A stretch of 64,000 nt of DNA from Octopus vulgaris (Eukaryota). The position numbers and the translations under genes are program-made. The stretch spans positions 62,001-126,000 of the forward strand of contig OX597836.1 of NCBI GenBank assembly GCA_951406725.2. Reading direction: 5' to 3'. Below the pieces are notes generated by a model. That model worked only from the letters and a program-made list of their open reading frames with translations, was not told where the DNA came from and did no database searches. Shown in pieces: positions 50,250 to 64,000 of this stretch (position 1 is its first letter; every line of letters starts with the position of its first letter).

Positions 50250-50950
50250 GTCTGAAGCCATCCCTCCTCGTGATGCTTTGGCACACCGCGTGCACGCTTT
50301 GGCACACCTGCTGCCATCACAACAGGCCGGAGACGTCAGTTGGAATCCAGTCTCTTTTCGGAATTGACATACCTCTTAGTTTGCAAAAGCTCTCCTACAA
50401 CTCTTTACCATCCTGCAGCAAATGGTATGGTGGAACGGTTAGAGCTCATCACGACAAATGCAACTGGCTGGACTACCTACCCCTCGTTCATTTTGGAATT
50501 GGTTCTACTGTCAAAGGAAAAATTGGTACTTCTCCGGCTGAAATAGTGTATGGCACAACACTTTCTTTACCTGGACAAATGATCGGTCCTGTTCCTCATA
50601 AGGACAGTCCAGACCCAGTAAACTACATTCATTGTTTGCAGAGCTACATGTCACAAATGCCATCTATTGCTCCTCCAACTATCCATCGGATATTCAGCAA
50701 TGGATTCGTGTGTTTTCGCGGAGCAATGCTATTCGACCTCCACTTCAGCCATCGTATTCAGTAGAACGCCAAAGTATTTTGTCGTGGATAAAAATAGCCG
50801 AAAAGACTCGGTCAGCATCACCTTGAGTCTGAAAGATCAACTCCACCACCTGATGAGACAACAGAAGTACATTCTTCAACTGATACCTCCACATCTGCTC
50901 CAATGACGACAACGAGATCGGGTCGACGAGTTTACTGGCCTTCTCGGTTT
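50250..50950 (+). mobile_element. Gypsy LTR-retrotransposon integrase remnant
   Basis: TTLYHPAANGMVERL, WLDYLPLVHFGI, TSPAEIVYGTTLSLPG. Confidence 0.85.
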
Positions 50951-53039
50951 GTGCAGTAGAGTGCGTAAAAAAAAGGGAAATTTTTCTGTCAATATTACGC
51001 TGGCCTTACATATATATATATCTGTTTTGCTTTTATTTTTCAGATTTTTCAGATTTTTATTTTTCCAAACTTGTTTTAACATAGACTTGTACAGTTCTTC
51101 ATGCATTAGACATATTTTCCACGAAAACATCTTCTGATAGTACTCTGCAATTTAACCCACTGTTTTAATCTTACATTTACCCTTTTCTAACGCATGCTTC
51201 TTTTCTACACTTCACATCTGCCTTTGCTGCAATATTCTTAGAATTTCATTCGAGCCATCGTGACCGCGAATTTCACTGTCAGGAGAGTCATGTATCGGGA
51301 ATATTCAGTAATCGCCTGATAACACAACTCGCTAGAATATTGCCCATGCGATCAACAAAATCTTACCAATCACGACTGTGGGTCGATTAGGTTCCAACAA
51401 TGATTTTTTTTTGTCTTTTGGCGTGCTTTATTCTGAGCCTGTCGACCAGTATAAAGTCAGTTGATCTTGAACACTAAACAGTTTTGGCGTGCAGTAGAGG
51501 AAGCGTTGACAAACACAGTTGACCAACAAAGACAGCGGACAGCAACCAGTACCAGTCAGAGGACGAACGACATGGGAAGTCAGCAACCAACAAGCAATTA
51601 ACCACATTTTATCTGCCATTACAACTACACCAAAAACAAAGAAAAAAAAACTCTCTCGACGTTTTGTCGTTCTTAGTAATGATATTTCTATCATTTCTTG
51701 TGTACGAAAAGAATGACTTGTCGTTTATCAAAATCTCAACAGATTCCAGTGTTTCTTTCTGTACAGAATAAATCTATAAATAAAAGCATTTTCAACTTGG
51801 TTATATCGTCTACTTGGAAAAACAAAATGGTGTGTGTGAGGTTCGAGAGAAAGAGAATTGGTTACTATTTCTAGCATACCTGTCGACCACGTAGAAGTTC
51901 CATTGTTGGCTTGTAGGTCATAACATCTTTAACAAATGGATTAATTTTAACAATAAAGGATCCAGAGGAAAATAAAAGCTGCCGACCGTTTTCATTTCAT
52001 TATTTCTTTTATTATTTATAGTTAAAAATGGAGCAAGGTCATTCTTACTAACAAAACTAACGAAATTAACAAAACAAATTTCTTACTAACGAATCTAAAC
52101 AAATTTGGAAAAATAGATTAACGTTGTGGCCTGATTCTATAAGGAGATGTTATACTTGTCATAGTAATTTAGTCGGACTGCTTGTGCGTAGATGAGAGAT
52201 TAGGAGATCGATAGTGAGTGAATAAATATGTGTCCACTGTTAGTTACTGTTTGGTTGTTGACTATTGCAGAATGTTCGTGCTGACCAGTCCTGCATAAGT
52301 GCGTTTGCTCTTTGTTCTCTGCTATCTGTCACTGTGTATGACTATGCTCATTTGAGCATCTGGTAGTAGTTCGCCACCCTTTTATAGGTTGTGTTTAGCT
52401 TAATCAAATATCGAAGGACTTTCAGTAAACAACGGCTTCATTAGAAAAAATTTTACTAACATCAGTTACTAACTTTGATGTGTAGGTTATGAAATTCATT
52501 GACTAGTTATTTTCATAATGTCACTAATCAAAGATTGTTATAGACTTGTTTATGAAGGTTTAACACACACACGCACACGCACACGCACACACACACACAC
52601 ACACACGTACCCGAGAGTTGCTTATTTGGATGGCCGTTGGCTCTTTAGAATTTATCCATCCTTTGACAGGTCTCGTATTTATTCCTGCAAAGTGACTAAA
52701 TAGCAAGAAAACCACCCTCCTCGCAAAGCAAGCTCTGTGGGGTTACAGGTTTAGTCGCCGACGGCCCGACATCTGGCACCTGTGCAGAAAGAAAAAAAAG
52801 AAAGGTTGAGTCTGCAAGACAGAGGTACAGGGAGCAAAGGGGAGACACAACGGATTTTTAACAGTAGTTTTAGTTGTAGAAGATGAGAGGCTTAAATAAA
52901 CTGTAGGGCAGCGTAGTAGTTAATGCTGCTTATTACTAGGGTTGTTATTTTATTTTACTTTATTTTATTACATTTTGGGCTTTTGCCTAAGGACAAAATC
53001 GTGCGGCATATGACTATTCACATGAGCTGTTCGGTTTAT

Positions 53040-55867
53040 CTGGTCGTGGTTGGCGGTGTGGGTGGAAAGAACGGGAGTAAACTGAAAGTTATAGGTACCT
53101 AGGTAGTGGATTAGAGAATAAAAAACAATAAAATAGCATGTTTCTGCGATCCCACAGGTGCCAAGACGTATTGACCCCTGCCCTCCCCTTGGATAACACT
53201 GGTGACTGTGGAGAGGGGAGATGTGTTGCATGTACAGCTGTTGACCTCCTATGAAAAACTGCCCAGGCCTGCTGTAAACATTGCACCAAGAAAAACGAAC
53301 AAACAAGCAAGCAACGCAAAGAAACCAGCATTCAGACTCGGATGTCGGAACATAAAGACTATAACAAGTAGTATGTTAGAGGACATTCAAAAGATCAGCG
53401 ACACACGCAAGACAACAGTGATCAGCAACGAGATGCTACGATTCCGAGTGGACATTACATCACTCCAGGAAACGAGGATCCCAGATTCGAGGACCCTTTG
53501 TGGAAGAGACTATAGGTTTTTCTGGCAAGGGAAAGGCATAGATGAAGTCTGAGAGCATGCTGTCAGCTTTGCTGTGAAGAACTCTCTGCTGGTAGAATTC
53601 AACAATGACGGTTCAGAGCGGATGCTCTCACTTCGATTGCACTCTTCTGATGGGCCTGTTAACTTTATCAGTGCTTATGCTCCAAACCTCTGTTCCTCAA
53701 AAGACGCCAAGTGTAAGTTTTATGATCAGCTCTCTAGGAAAATGCAGGTGATCCCACATGGAGAACAGCTGGTGGTACTTCGCTACTTCAACGCCAGAGT
53801 GGGAGCCGATCTCGGATCCTGGTCAGGGTCTCTGAGTCGGTAATGGGCCACAGTTACTTGAGCTCTAGATGCTTCACGGAGTATGGGTCACCAACATCTA
53901 CTTCCAGGCCAAAGCTCACCACAGGGTCTCCTGACATCACCCTCGCTCAGGGCACTGGCACCAGCTAGATTTGATTATTACAAGACGCAGCCACCTGAGG
54001 AATGTCTTCCTGACTCAGTCTTTTCAGAACGCTGACTGCGACACACACCACTCCCAGGTTTACTGTAATCTCAAGCTCCAACCAAAATTGATGCACTGCG
54101 CTAGTCCCGCAAGCGAGCAGCGCATCAATGGTACCGCAACTCAACAGGCAACTAAGGCATGCATTCCTCAAGACACTGGTAGACGCCCTCCTTGCAGATC
54201 CACCGGAAGGCAATGTTCAGCAGAGATGGGACTTTCTCAGAGACATCATCAATAGCACTGCACTGAGGGCTGCTGGGGGGAGGTGGAAAATGTCACAAGA
54301 TTGGTTTGAGGCGAATGCGAAAGAACTCAATACCCCCCACGGAGGAGAAACGTGCTTCCCTGCTGAAGCACAAACACCAATCGTGTGGTCCTAAAAAGGC
54401 TACAAAAAATCGCTAAGAGGGTATACTCCGAATCTCAGTGCAGTTTCAGATCAAAACACCTCACCATCGACATGATCTTCGCTCTTCGACAGCTACTGGA
54501 GAAGTGTGAAGATTAAAGGCAACCACTCTTTATCACCTTCATCGACCTCACAAAGGCTATTGGCCTAATCAGTAGAGACGGCCTGTTCAAACCCCTGCCA
54601 AGATTGGTTTTCTTCTAAGACTTCTCTGGATTGTCCAATCATTTTACGCGGGCATGAAAGGTGTCGTTCAGTTTCATGGCTCTTTTTCGGAGGTATTCAA
54701 CATACGTAGCGGCATGAAGCAGGGCTGTGTGCTTGCCCTCGCCCTGCTTGGCATCTTCTTTGCAGTCATGCTGAAATATGCATTTGAGACATCAATTGAT
54801 GGTGTTTTTACCACCAGATCAGACGGCAAGTCTGCTGAGGCTGAAAGTAAAATCCAGAATGTGCCAAATACTCGTCAGAGAAATGCTGTTTGCGGACGAC
54901 ACAGCACTGAGTGCGCACTCTGAAGAATAAATGCAGCACCTCGTGGACAAACTGTCAAAGGCCTGTCAGGAATTCAGTCTGACTAGAAGTCTGAAGAAGA
55001 CCCAAGTAATGGGCCAAAATGTCAAGCACCCCCACCCATTACCATCAACAACTACAAACCAGAGGTAGTCTATTATTTCACCAATCTCGGCTCTACCATC
55101 GCTGATGGCTCTTGGACGCCGAGATCAACAAGCGAATCGGACAAAAATCTTCCACATTTGCCAGGCTCACAAAAAGAGACTGGAAAAAAAACTGACTGCA
55201 AACACCAAGATTGCTGTCTATAAGGTGTGCGTCCTTTGTACGCTACTTTACGGCAGTGAGACGTTGAGCTTCAACTTCGGACAGGAGCGGCGCCTCAACG
55301 TATTTCTACTTCGTAATTTTAGATGCATCTTGGATATCAAGCGGACTGACCACATCACCAACACCGAAGTCCTCAGCCGAGCCAAGATACCCAGCATGCT
55401 CACCCTACTCCAGCTGCGCCGTTTGCGCTGGTTCAGTCATGTACATAGCACGCCGGACGGAAGGGTCCCAAAAGACTTCTTGCATTGGGAATTGGCCACT
55501 GGCACAAGAGCACGTGGACAACCTAATCTTCATTTCAAGAACGTTTATAAGAGGGATATGAAGTCGCTTGATCTGGACGTCCTGAGATGGGAGGAGGTTG
55601 CAAATGATCAGCCACACTGGAGGCAAATACTGGAAAAGGGAATGAAGAGAGCAGCAGGAAAACAAGAACTCGCCACCAAAGAAAAGCGTACTCGACAGAG
55701 TGAAAAACTAGTTGCGCCGGCAGAGAGTTCCTTCGAATACAGTCACTGTATGCGTGACTGCTACTCCCGTGTACGCTTGTACAGCTACAACAGATGCTGC
55801 ACCACCATCAGCAGCTGATACGATTTCTTCGGGTGCAGATTTATGACCTCTCGAGACTGACGAATGC

Positions 55868-55905
<38 letters not shown>
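53040..55905 (+). mobile_element. RTE/BovB-like LINE, broadly spanning but decayed, (CTA)n tail
   Basis: DITSLQETR, ISAYAP, FNARVG (EN); FIDLTKA, GMKQGCVLA, LFADD, LLYGSET, RRLRWFSHV (RT). Confidence 0.92.
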
Positions 55906-55910
<5 letters not shown>

Positions 55911-57192
55911 GCGCGCGCGCGATGCTAGATAGATATACATATGTAACGATGTATTAAAAGTTCTACCCTCGCATGTCTGGCTTTCGGCCGAATGACTCAA
56001 ACAGAAAGATAGCTATTTGTGCTTTTATAATGTTACTGAATAAAGCAGGTCAAGTTAAAGCAACATATTTTCCCAGTATTATGTGTCATGACCCTTCTAC
56101 GACCAGGAAAAGGATCAAGTAATCAACTTATTCACATTAATTTCTGTGTGCGGAGACGAGAAAACAATAGGTTTAAGATTTGCTTGACAATGTTGAAGAA
56201 CGTGGGTTTGGTTTCGAATCCTCACTTGGTTTTTCTGTAGCTGTGCACACCTTCTCTCCCAGATAATTCGTTGAAGACAAATTACAATGACTAGAAAATT
56301 TGCAGGAATATGCACAATGCAAAAATTGAAAAATGTTCGAAATTGTGGGTGCAAAATATCAAGTTGTAGATGGATGTGATGCGCAGCCAAGAGAAATAAT
56401 GGATATCAGGGAAGAGAATCTGAGGTGAATAATACAGTCAGTTATCTATTCGAGTTAGTCCGAATAGTTCAATGTCACTTTGCGTGCATCGTGTGCAGTC
56501 TGTGCTTTGAATTTGGGACTACGTTAAGTGAGCTCGAGCGTGATTCAGTAGTGAGTTGCGAGAGAAAGGTACAGCTGAGGACTTTCATTGAAAAGAGTTG
56601 AAGCAAGAAAGTACATTCTCAGTCCATGATATGTACATACTGTGTTAAGTGCCTTAAAATAAGTGCAGAGGCGAATTGAGTCCAGCGTTGTGGTTGTAGA
56701 CATTTTCTGCAGTTAAGCAAGACAACAAATGCGTGTGATACGCTGTAGTAAGTACTTTAAAAGGAGTGCAGAGGCCAAGTGAGTTTGGTGTTGTGGTCAT
56801 AGACAGTTACTGTGGGTAAGCAAGGACGAGAAAATACCAGTGACGCTGGTGCTTTGAGGACGACAGGTAAACTTTCTCTATGTACACCGTAACCAACTTG
56901 GCGTCTTACAGAGAGAAGCAAGGACGCAGAGAGCATGATGAAACATCCGACGTGCGCTGAGTTGGGAAGATAACCGAGTAGGCACAGTTAATGAAGGCAT
57001 AATATGAAGGTTCACGGGTGTAAATGGCTGTTGGCATACATGCACATGTATGTATGAACGTTGAATAGTGCAGTAGAAATTAAGTGATCTGTGAAAAATC
57101 TGCAAACAACTACAAGAACAAATGTAGCAAATAACCATGCAATTGGAGAAAACATTGAACGACACGTGTGCATTAATGATATAGAGCGAGTC

Positions 57193-57365
57193 GTCCCGGA
57201 AATGAGTGGTCGCGGAAATGATTGGTCCCGGAAATGAGTGGTCCCGGAAATGAGTGGTCGCGGAAATGATTGGTCCCGGAAATCAGTGGTCCCGGAAATG
57301 AGTGGTCGCGGAAATGATTGGTCTCGGAAATGAGTGGTCCCGGAAATGAGTGGTCGCGGAAATGA
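57193..57365 (+). repeat. 16-bp tandem repeat (GTCSCGGAAATGAKTG), about 11 copies with 48-bp higher-order period
   Basis: Direct observation. Confidence 0.95.
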
Positions 57366-57869
57366 AACTGAAACATAATTGTGTTGCGGTACTAACATGT
57401 AAACAAATAAGAGATTGCAGAGCAGAAAACAGTTAACCGTATGAAATAATATAAACAAAAAGAAATATGGAATCACAGATTTGAATGGAGGAATGTCTGT
57501 TGATAGTTAGCTGTTACTGAAATGCGAGAAAAGATTAAATGAATGCTAGTAAAATAAGCTCAGGAGCCTATATGAGAGTCTATATATGTACAATATATGG
57601 AAGACTGCCGGAAAATGCAGGATTTTTACTTCGGTACGTGACGGAAAGTGTGTGTGACCGTCAAAAAAGTTATGCTTGCGGGCTTCCATAATTTCAGTAT
57701 ATTGTGTGTGTGTGTGTGTGTGTGTGTACAGCAGTTAGTTTGATGTGGCGCTTCGTCTGCAGCTCAAATGTATGTCACGGCAAATGTGCAGAGATGCAAT
57801 TGTGAAATCTGGTTGATCTATGGAGTGCATCGCAGTTGATTGCTTTGTTTGGTGGGATACAAGTGCGCT

Positions 57870-59100
57870 ATGACCAGTTAAACGTTGGCTGTGGAATTCG
57901 ATGCTCTGGTATACGAGCTTTATCGTTACATATCAGACTTGTTCGGAGGCCTCTTGGCAGATATCTACTGCAAGAGGCAACAGAACAGGAGACTTCCCAG
58001 TCACATGAAATGTAGTGTGGTAGTGCTTCTGAGAAAGGATCCGAACAAGGCGGATGATTTTGGAAACTTTAGGCCCATACCTCTGCTAAATGCAAAATTG
58101 AAAATTTTGACCAAGGCGGTAGCTAAGAGGTTGGAATTTGTCAATACTCTGCTAGATGAGGCACAGACATGCACCCTACCAAACAGATAAATCCGTAATA
58201 ACCTCCACCTCACGCGATACATCATAGAAAAGGTGGGTAAAGAACCTGACACGGATGGGGATCTGATCCAGTTAGATCACTTGAAAGCGTTTGAATGGGT
58301 CGGCCATTAATAATTCGTAGCTGTTCTCAAGATGGCTGGTTTCAGGTCCGTCTTAAGAAACCAGATTGCTGCAATGTACAGTGACATTTGCTCAGTGGTC
58401 AGAGTAAATGGCCAATTGTCGGAACCGTTTAATATCATGTGCTCGGTCCATCAAGGATGCCCCCTCTTTTCCCTTCTGTACTTGCTGATTCTAGAGCTAC
58501 TACTGCAGAAGTTGGAGGTTTAGTGGAGCATTCCGTGAGAATTAGAATGAAGAGGATCTGTCTTGGACTATGCCAACGACATCATCATAAAAGTGTCGGC
58601 CGCGAATTACATCGAAGTGATCGACAAGTAGAGGAGCAGAAATTAACCAGATATTAGTTGGCATGGGTGTAAGTGAAAATCCTTGGCTTAGCAGTGCTGC
58701 CGAGGGACATAAACAATACAGGCAAAGCACTACGACCAGCTGCGTCTTTTAGGGATGCGCGCGGAACGATGAAGCCGTGCTGCACGCACTCGTTTAGCGC
58801 TCGAGCTTTGCTGGCTTGTAAAGTTGTTGAACATCTGCAGTCGAACAGTTCCGGCTATTGGCCAACTCTATCGTGAAGATCGCCTCGCTGTCTTTCTTTT
58901 GTCGGGAAGTGCAATCAGTTTTTCTCTGTCTTGTGGCGAAAGGGTTGAAGACGAGCAATTTCCTTGTAAAGTTTTATCTCTCAGAAAATTTGTTGAAGAT
59001 CGGTGAATGTAGCGAGCATGGCCTGAGTAAATGGACCTACCCTGAGTATACGCCTGTAGGCAGAAATTTACGGTGGAGAGAGGAGCATTTACCATGATAC
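57870..59100 (+). mobile_element. L1/Tx1-like retrotransposon remnant (RT and C-terminal)
   Basis: NFRPIPLLNAKLKIL, LDHLKAF, SVHQGCPL, C-terminal C...EAVLHAL. Confidence 0.8.
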
Positions 59101-60016
59101 GCGTAGTCAGCAGGATGACTCGGGTTCTATGAGGTGGGGTTTTTATTATTAATCGTTGTTCTTTATGTAAGCTAGCGCACACCGGGCAAAATTCTTTGCC
59201 GCATTTCGTTCGTCTTTATGTTCTGAGTTCAAATTCTGTCGGGGTCGACAAATTAAGCACCGGTGAAACACTGCTGAAAACTTTCAGGCCTTGTGCTTTA
59301 GTGAAAAGGCTTATTATTATCATTAGGGCTGTTGGCCCTAAAAGAAAACTTAACTTGCATGTCTCAGCTGATTGGAGGAATGACTTTTTTTTAATATATA
59401 TTATTAGAATCTAGAAAAGTAATTGTGAATGGGATTTGTCAATCGGATAAATTAATCTTCTAAGTTTCGTAGAAGAATAAATATTTAGAAAGTACAATGA
59501 AATAAAAATATTCAAGACGTATTCTAAAGCCATCTTCTTGTTTAGCGTTAACCAACATTGAATATTTCATTTTATTTGATCATAAAACCTTACTTTAGAA
59601 AAACAAAGCTGAGGACGAAAATTCTCCAATTTGAAATTGCAACAGAGGTTTTTAAACTATTAAGAATTGATGATAATGTTAAATGGAGAAATAAATTAGG
59701 TTAATGAGAATATAATTAGCACCATAAAACTATGCATAAACTGTAAAACTCACGTTCGCTGAGAGCGTTGTTCGTATTTGACTCATTTTCTGACGGCATT
59801 GTCAAGCTAGTGTTCGGCATTTTCTTTTACCTTCTGTTTGGTTTGAGAAATACAAAGTCTATCAAGAAAATCATCTTTTTTTTGTTTCTTTCTTTTCTGA
59901 TTGTTTTTTTTTCCCGTTTCACGACTCTACTTTTTCATTTTTAACACCTTCCTGTTAAGTGAAAATAAATGAAATGCTGATTTGGTTTTTTCTGATTTTT
60001 CATAGAAACAAAGGAA

Positions 60017-60017
<1 letters not shown>

Positions 60018-60067
<50 letters not shown>

Positions 60068-60200
60068 CGCGTGCGTGTGAGTGTGCGTGCGTGTGTGTGC
60101 GTGTGTGTGCGTGTGTGTGCGTGTGTGTGTGTGTGTGTGTGCGCGCGTGCGTGTGAGTGTGTGTGCGTGTGTGTGCGTGTGTGTGTGTGTGTGTGTGCGT
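60018..60200. repeat. (GT/GC)n alternating purine-pyrimidine tract
   Basis: About 180 bp, almost uninterrupted. Confidence 0.95.
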
Positions 60201-61779
60201 GATCTACATAATTTTACTAAGATGATGCTTTGTTGATATTGTTTAGCCGTATTTGAGCATCTGAATGAGTAAACTCCTGATCAAAGACATTTTTGCAAAC
60301 AGCATTCTGTCTATTTTGTGGTGCATCTAGGACTATGATATACTATGTGTCTTTCGTTTTTAACACATTGTGGGATAGTTTTAAGTTGTGGCTACTATTT
60401 CTAGTAGGCCGAGCGACCTCGTAGAGGCTTCCTCGTTGACTCGATACTTTGTTGAAACGATTTGGTTATTGCTTGTACAAAAACGAAAAAACAAGCTATT
60501 CATTAGAACTCAACGATATTAGGATTCATGGATGCGGAAAAGTCACTAAGTTTCCGATTTAATTTGCTTTATTGCCACCAGACAAATACTGTGTGGGGGA
60601 ACTTAATAAAAGAACGTACGAAATCTTATCTGATTGTCGATACATTTTAAGTGAAAACGGCAACAGCCTTGTCAAAACATATACAGAAACTGGAACAAGA
60701 ACGGACAAGTTCGGTTCTGAAGACAAAGTTGGGTATTAAGGAATAAACAAATGAAGAAATTATTAATCATTATAATTCACTGCATTCTGGACTGATGCGA
60801 GTGATTATTGTAGTTAGTTGTGTGCAGTGGTGGTCAGAGAATATAAAATACTTGATGGCTTTATTTCATCATTCCTTTTACAATATAACCACATTTGAAG
60901 CTGACGTATTATGAAGAATTAGCTGATATGGGGATTAAAAAAACTGTAAGGGGATTAAAGAAAATTTCTACCTCGCTGGCTTTAATTCCGTAAAGATTTC
61001 TGTGATTTAACACACACACAGTATCAATTAATTCCTTGCTTTGATTCTTTTTTATTGTTTTATTCATAGCCCATCGATGAGTACCGGTGAAATAAGTGCC
61101 CGTGACATACCGAGTGCGATTTAATAGAGCTAAGTGCACACTAAAATCTATGCTTTTGAAACCTAAATTAGAAGTTATTGTTGTTGTTTATCGCAGAAGC
61201 ACAACGTGTTTTCGAATTTCTGTGAGTTTTGTCTTGTTTTCCATTTTGGAAGTTTAATTTTATTGATTTTATTGTTTTACTTTGCTATTTAATTCATCAG
61301 AACTATAAAGGACTGGTCAATCGTTTTTGTTACTTGCCATAAAGCTTCGGTCAGCAACAGATGAACGTGGGAGGGGGTTTCGTTGGTCAAACCATTGTTT
61401 CTAAGCAACATCTCTTTTTACACAATCTTACAAATATTGTAGCGATTGAAAATAGTAGCAACAGCGTCAGTAGCAAGAACAACAGTAACAGCAATAATAA
61501 AAACAGTAACAACAACAACAACGTCAAGGCAAGTCGATAAAATTACCTGTGGTAGAGAGAAAATCATTGCCCTTGCTACCACCTTTGTAGCAAAGAAGTG
61601 TAGTACCAGAAATAAAGTTGCCAACACCATGTCAGTGATAAACAATGACAGCAGCAACAACAACGAAAATACAACAGCAGCAGTAGTGAAAGTACAGTGA
61701 AATGGAAATTCCTTTATTGGTGTTGCAAAACCTTTGATTTAGTACCACTGAACAACAATTTGCATTGTAATACCCATCA

Positions 61780-63420
61780 CAAAACGATTAGGGCTAAGTT
61801 CAAGTTCAGGATCCGCAAGAAGATTCGTAGTGCAGGTGTACGAGTACCAAAGGGTATTGATTTATAGTAGCTTAAACAATCATAAGTTTTGCAGTTATTT
61901 CAGGAGAGATGCAACAACGTTCATTTTGACGGTTCATGGGTATCTTTTCGGGATAGAATATATAAAATGGGATCAGAGGTGTTAGGTTTTAAGAGGAGAC
62001 AGCACCGAGACTGGTTAGATTCTAATGATATGGTAATAAATGACCTTTTAGCAGCAAAGAGATCCACTCATGAAAAGCTTCTTGACCCAAACGTAAAGAA
62101 CAATGTGCAACTAGAAATGTTGTACAAGCCTCAGAATGCAGGCTTGCAAAAAGAATTTGGGAGGCTAAAAGACATTTGTTGAAGAAATTTGTCTGAGGAA
62201 GTACGGGCGGCCTATGACAAGAAAGACATTAAAGAGTTTTATAGTTTATTGCGACAAGCTTTTGGACCCCAGTCTTCCTCATATGTTCCCTTGAAGTCAA
62301 AAGATGGAAATGAGGTTATCAAAGATCCTCCTTGAATAATGAATAGATGCAGAGAACACTTTACAGATCATTTCCACTATACTTCTGTAGTGAACATAGA
62401 TATCATAAACAACATTCTGCAAAGAGAGATAGTGCAATACATGAACAATACACCTTCCATTGAAGAAGTAAATCTAACATTATATCAAGTGAGATCAGGT
62501 AAAGCTCCTGGATTGTATAGTACTTTAGTTGAAATCTTGAAAGCACGTGGGGATCATATTTCATCTGAAATTCATAGCCTGATACCTTGAGTTTGGAATG
62601 AATCTTTTGTCACAGGAATGGATAAATGGCATTCTAATCTCTATTTACAAGGATAAGTACCAAAAGCAGTGTGTAGTAATTCTAGAAAGATAACTCTCCT
62701 GGCACATACTGGGAAGATACTTTCAAAAATCATGTTAGATAATTTCGTTGAAAATGTGTGTCCACATGTGATTCTCGAAGAAAAGTGTGCTTTCAGACCT
62801 GAACGAGAAACAATGGACAAATTTTTTGCCTGGCAGGTTCAGGAGAAATGATTAGGGGAACAAATACCACTCTACCAGGTCTTCCTAGATTTACTAAGGC
62901 ATTTGACACAGTAAACAGGGAGGCACTATAGATTGTTTTGTGTAAACTTGGTTGCCCAACACATTTTGTGAGCATCTTTAAGGGACTACACAGAAACATG
63001 AAAGCTCGGGTAGTCATGAATTTTTGGTGGACAACGGTGTCAAACAGAGAGATATTTCTGCCCCGACACTTTTTTCTATTTCTCTATTTTGCAGCATTGC
63101 TCTGGTATGCTTTCAAGGATTGCAACAGGGGAATCGGAATCAGATTTCGGACATTTGGTCGTATTTTTAATTTGATCCGGTTTAACTGCAAAGTAAATAT
63201 TTTCAAAACACTTGTCAGAGAATTACTTTACTCTAATGATGCTGATTTGTTGGTACACTCAGTGGAGGTATATGCAACATATAATGGACAGATTTTCCAC
63301 TGTATATGTATATTTCGGACTCACAATTAGTCTTGGGAAAACCAAAGTAATGTTTACTCCTGCGCCAGGACAAACATATTCTAAACCAAACATTTTTGAG
63401 AATGGAACAAGGGTGGAGAA
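61780..63420 (+). mobile_element. Second decayed RTE-clade LINE
   Basis: RRQHRDWLD, KAPG, FRPERET, FLDLLRHLTQ/KAFDTVNR, RELLYSND, GLTISLGKTKVM. Confidence 0.8.
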
Positions 63421-63429
63421 TAGAACACT

Positions 63430-64000
63430 CAGAACCTGCCACACATATACCTTTCTCGCCAAGTATTTGGACGATATCCTAACCCTAACCTCATCTCAAG
63501 AAGACGCCTCCACTATATTGGAGAAGTTCAATAAGATAAACCAACATATTAGCTTCACCATTGAACACCTAACACTAATGGTTCCCCCATCTTTGCTCGA
63601 CTTTCGGCTAAATATCATGGACGAGGGGAAAACTGATACGGTGTTCTACAGAAAATTAGCTTGCTGGGACCTCTTCATCCACTATAAATCAGCCCACCCT
63701 ATCAAGGCCAAGATGATCTGCGCACATAACGAGATCGCCCGGAAACGCAAAAGATGCAGTGACAACACCAGCCGGGACGCACATGTTACTCAGTTCCTAA
63801 AGATACAGAAACACAGGTCAGCTAAACATCACAAGGGGGATCTCTCTAAAAGCTGTTTCCTGAAAATTCCTCACTGCAATGAGAATACCTCCTCCTCCAT
63901 TTAGAAGATTATCCGCAAGGAAGGTCTCGACATTCGGTTTGCCCATTCAGGAACACCGGCAATTTACTCATAAAAGAGGCTCTGCTGATCCACCGCCTCA
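63430..64000 (+). mobile_element. Penelope-like RT fragment
   Basis: KYLDDIL, FNKINQHISFTIE, LLDF, FYRK, HYKSAHP motifs. Confidence 0.85.

Noticed and set aside
55942-56910. Possible solo LTR (TGTAA...TTACA)
   Set aside because: No target-site duplication and no second copy
59585-59640. CTGAGGACGAAA hammerhead-like core
   Set aside because: No stem II and no pairing for stem I

Overview
Eukaryotic, AT-rich, very repeat-dense DNA. The SINE/RTE families and microsatellite load resemble a coleoid cephalopod (octopus-like) genome; this is an inference. The only host gene I can support is the 5' part of an SLC4 Na+-coupled bicarbonate transporter (SLC4A4/7/8/10-like) on the minus strand. Seven phase-compatible GT-AG exons (40354-40327, 19738-19676, 15960-15828, 9877-9717, 7498-7334, 6720-6634, 4882-4770; 750 nt, 250 aa) encode the N-terminal cytoplasmic domain. 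I found no further exon below 4770, so the gene probably continues off the left edge. A candidate core promoter lies at about 40.42-40.45 kb. The 20.6-kb first intron holds a ~10-kb AACG-interrupted (TA)n array packed with CR1-like LINE copies in both orientations, two non-autonomous Helitrons, Penelope-derived pieces and an intact-looking type I hammerhead ribozyme in the sense of the pre-mRNA. Upstream (41-64 kb) is decayed transposon sequence (R4/Dong, Tx1, Gypsy, RTE, Penelope, SINEs) plus two orphan exon-like segments. The long YI/CV-rich ORFs are microsatellite artefacts. All alignments were done by eye, and most repeat boundaries are approximate.
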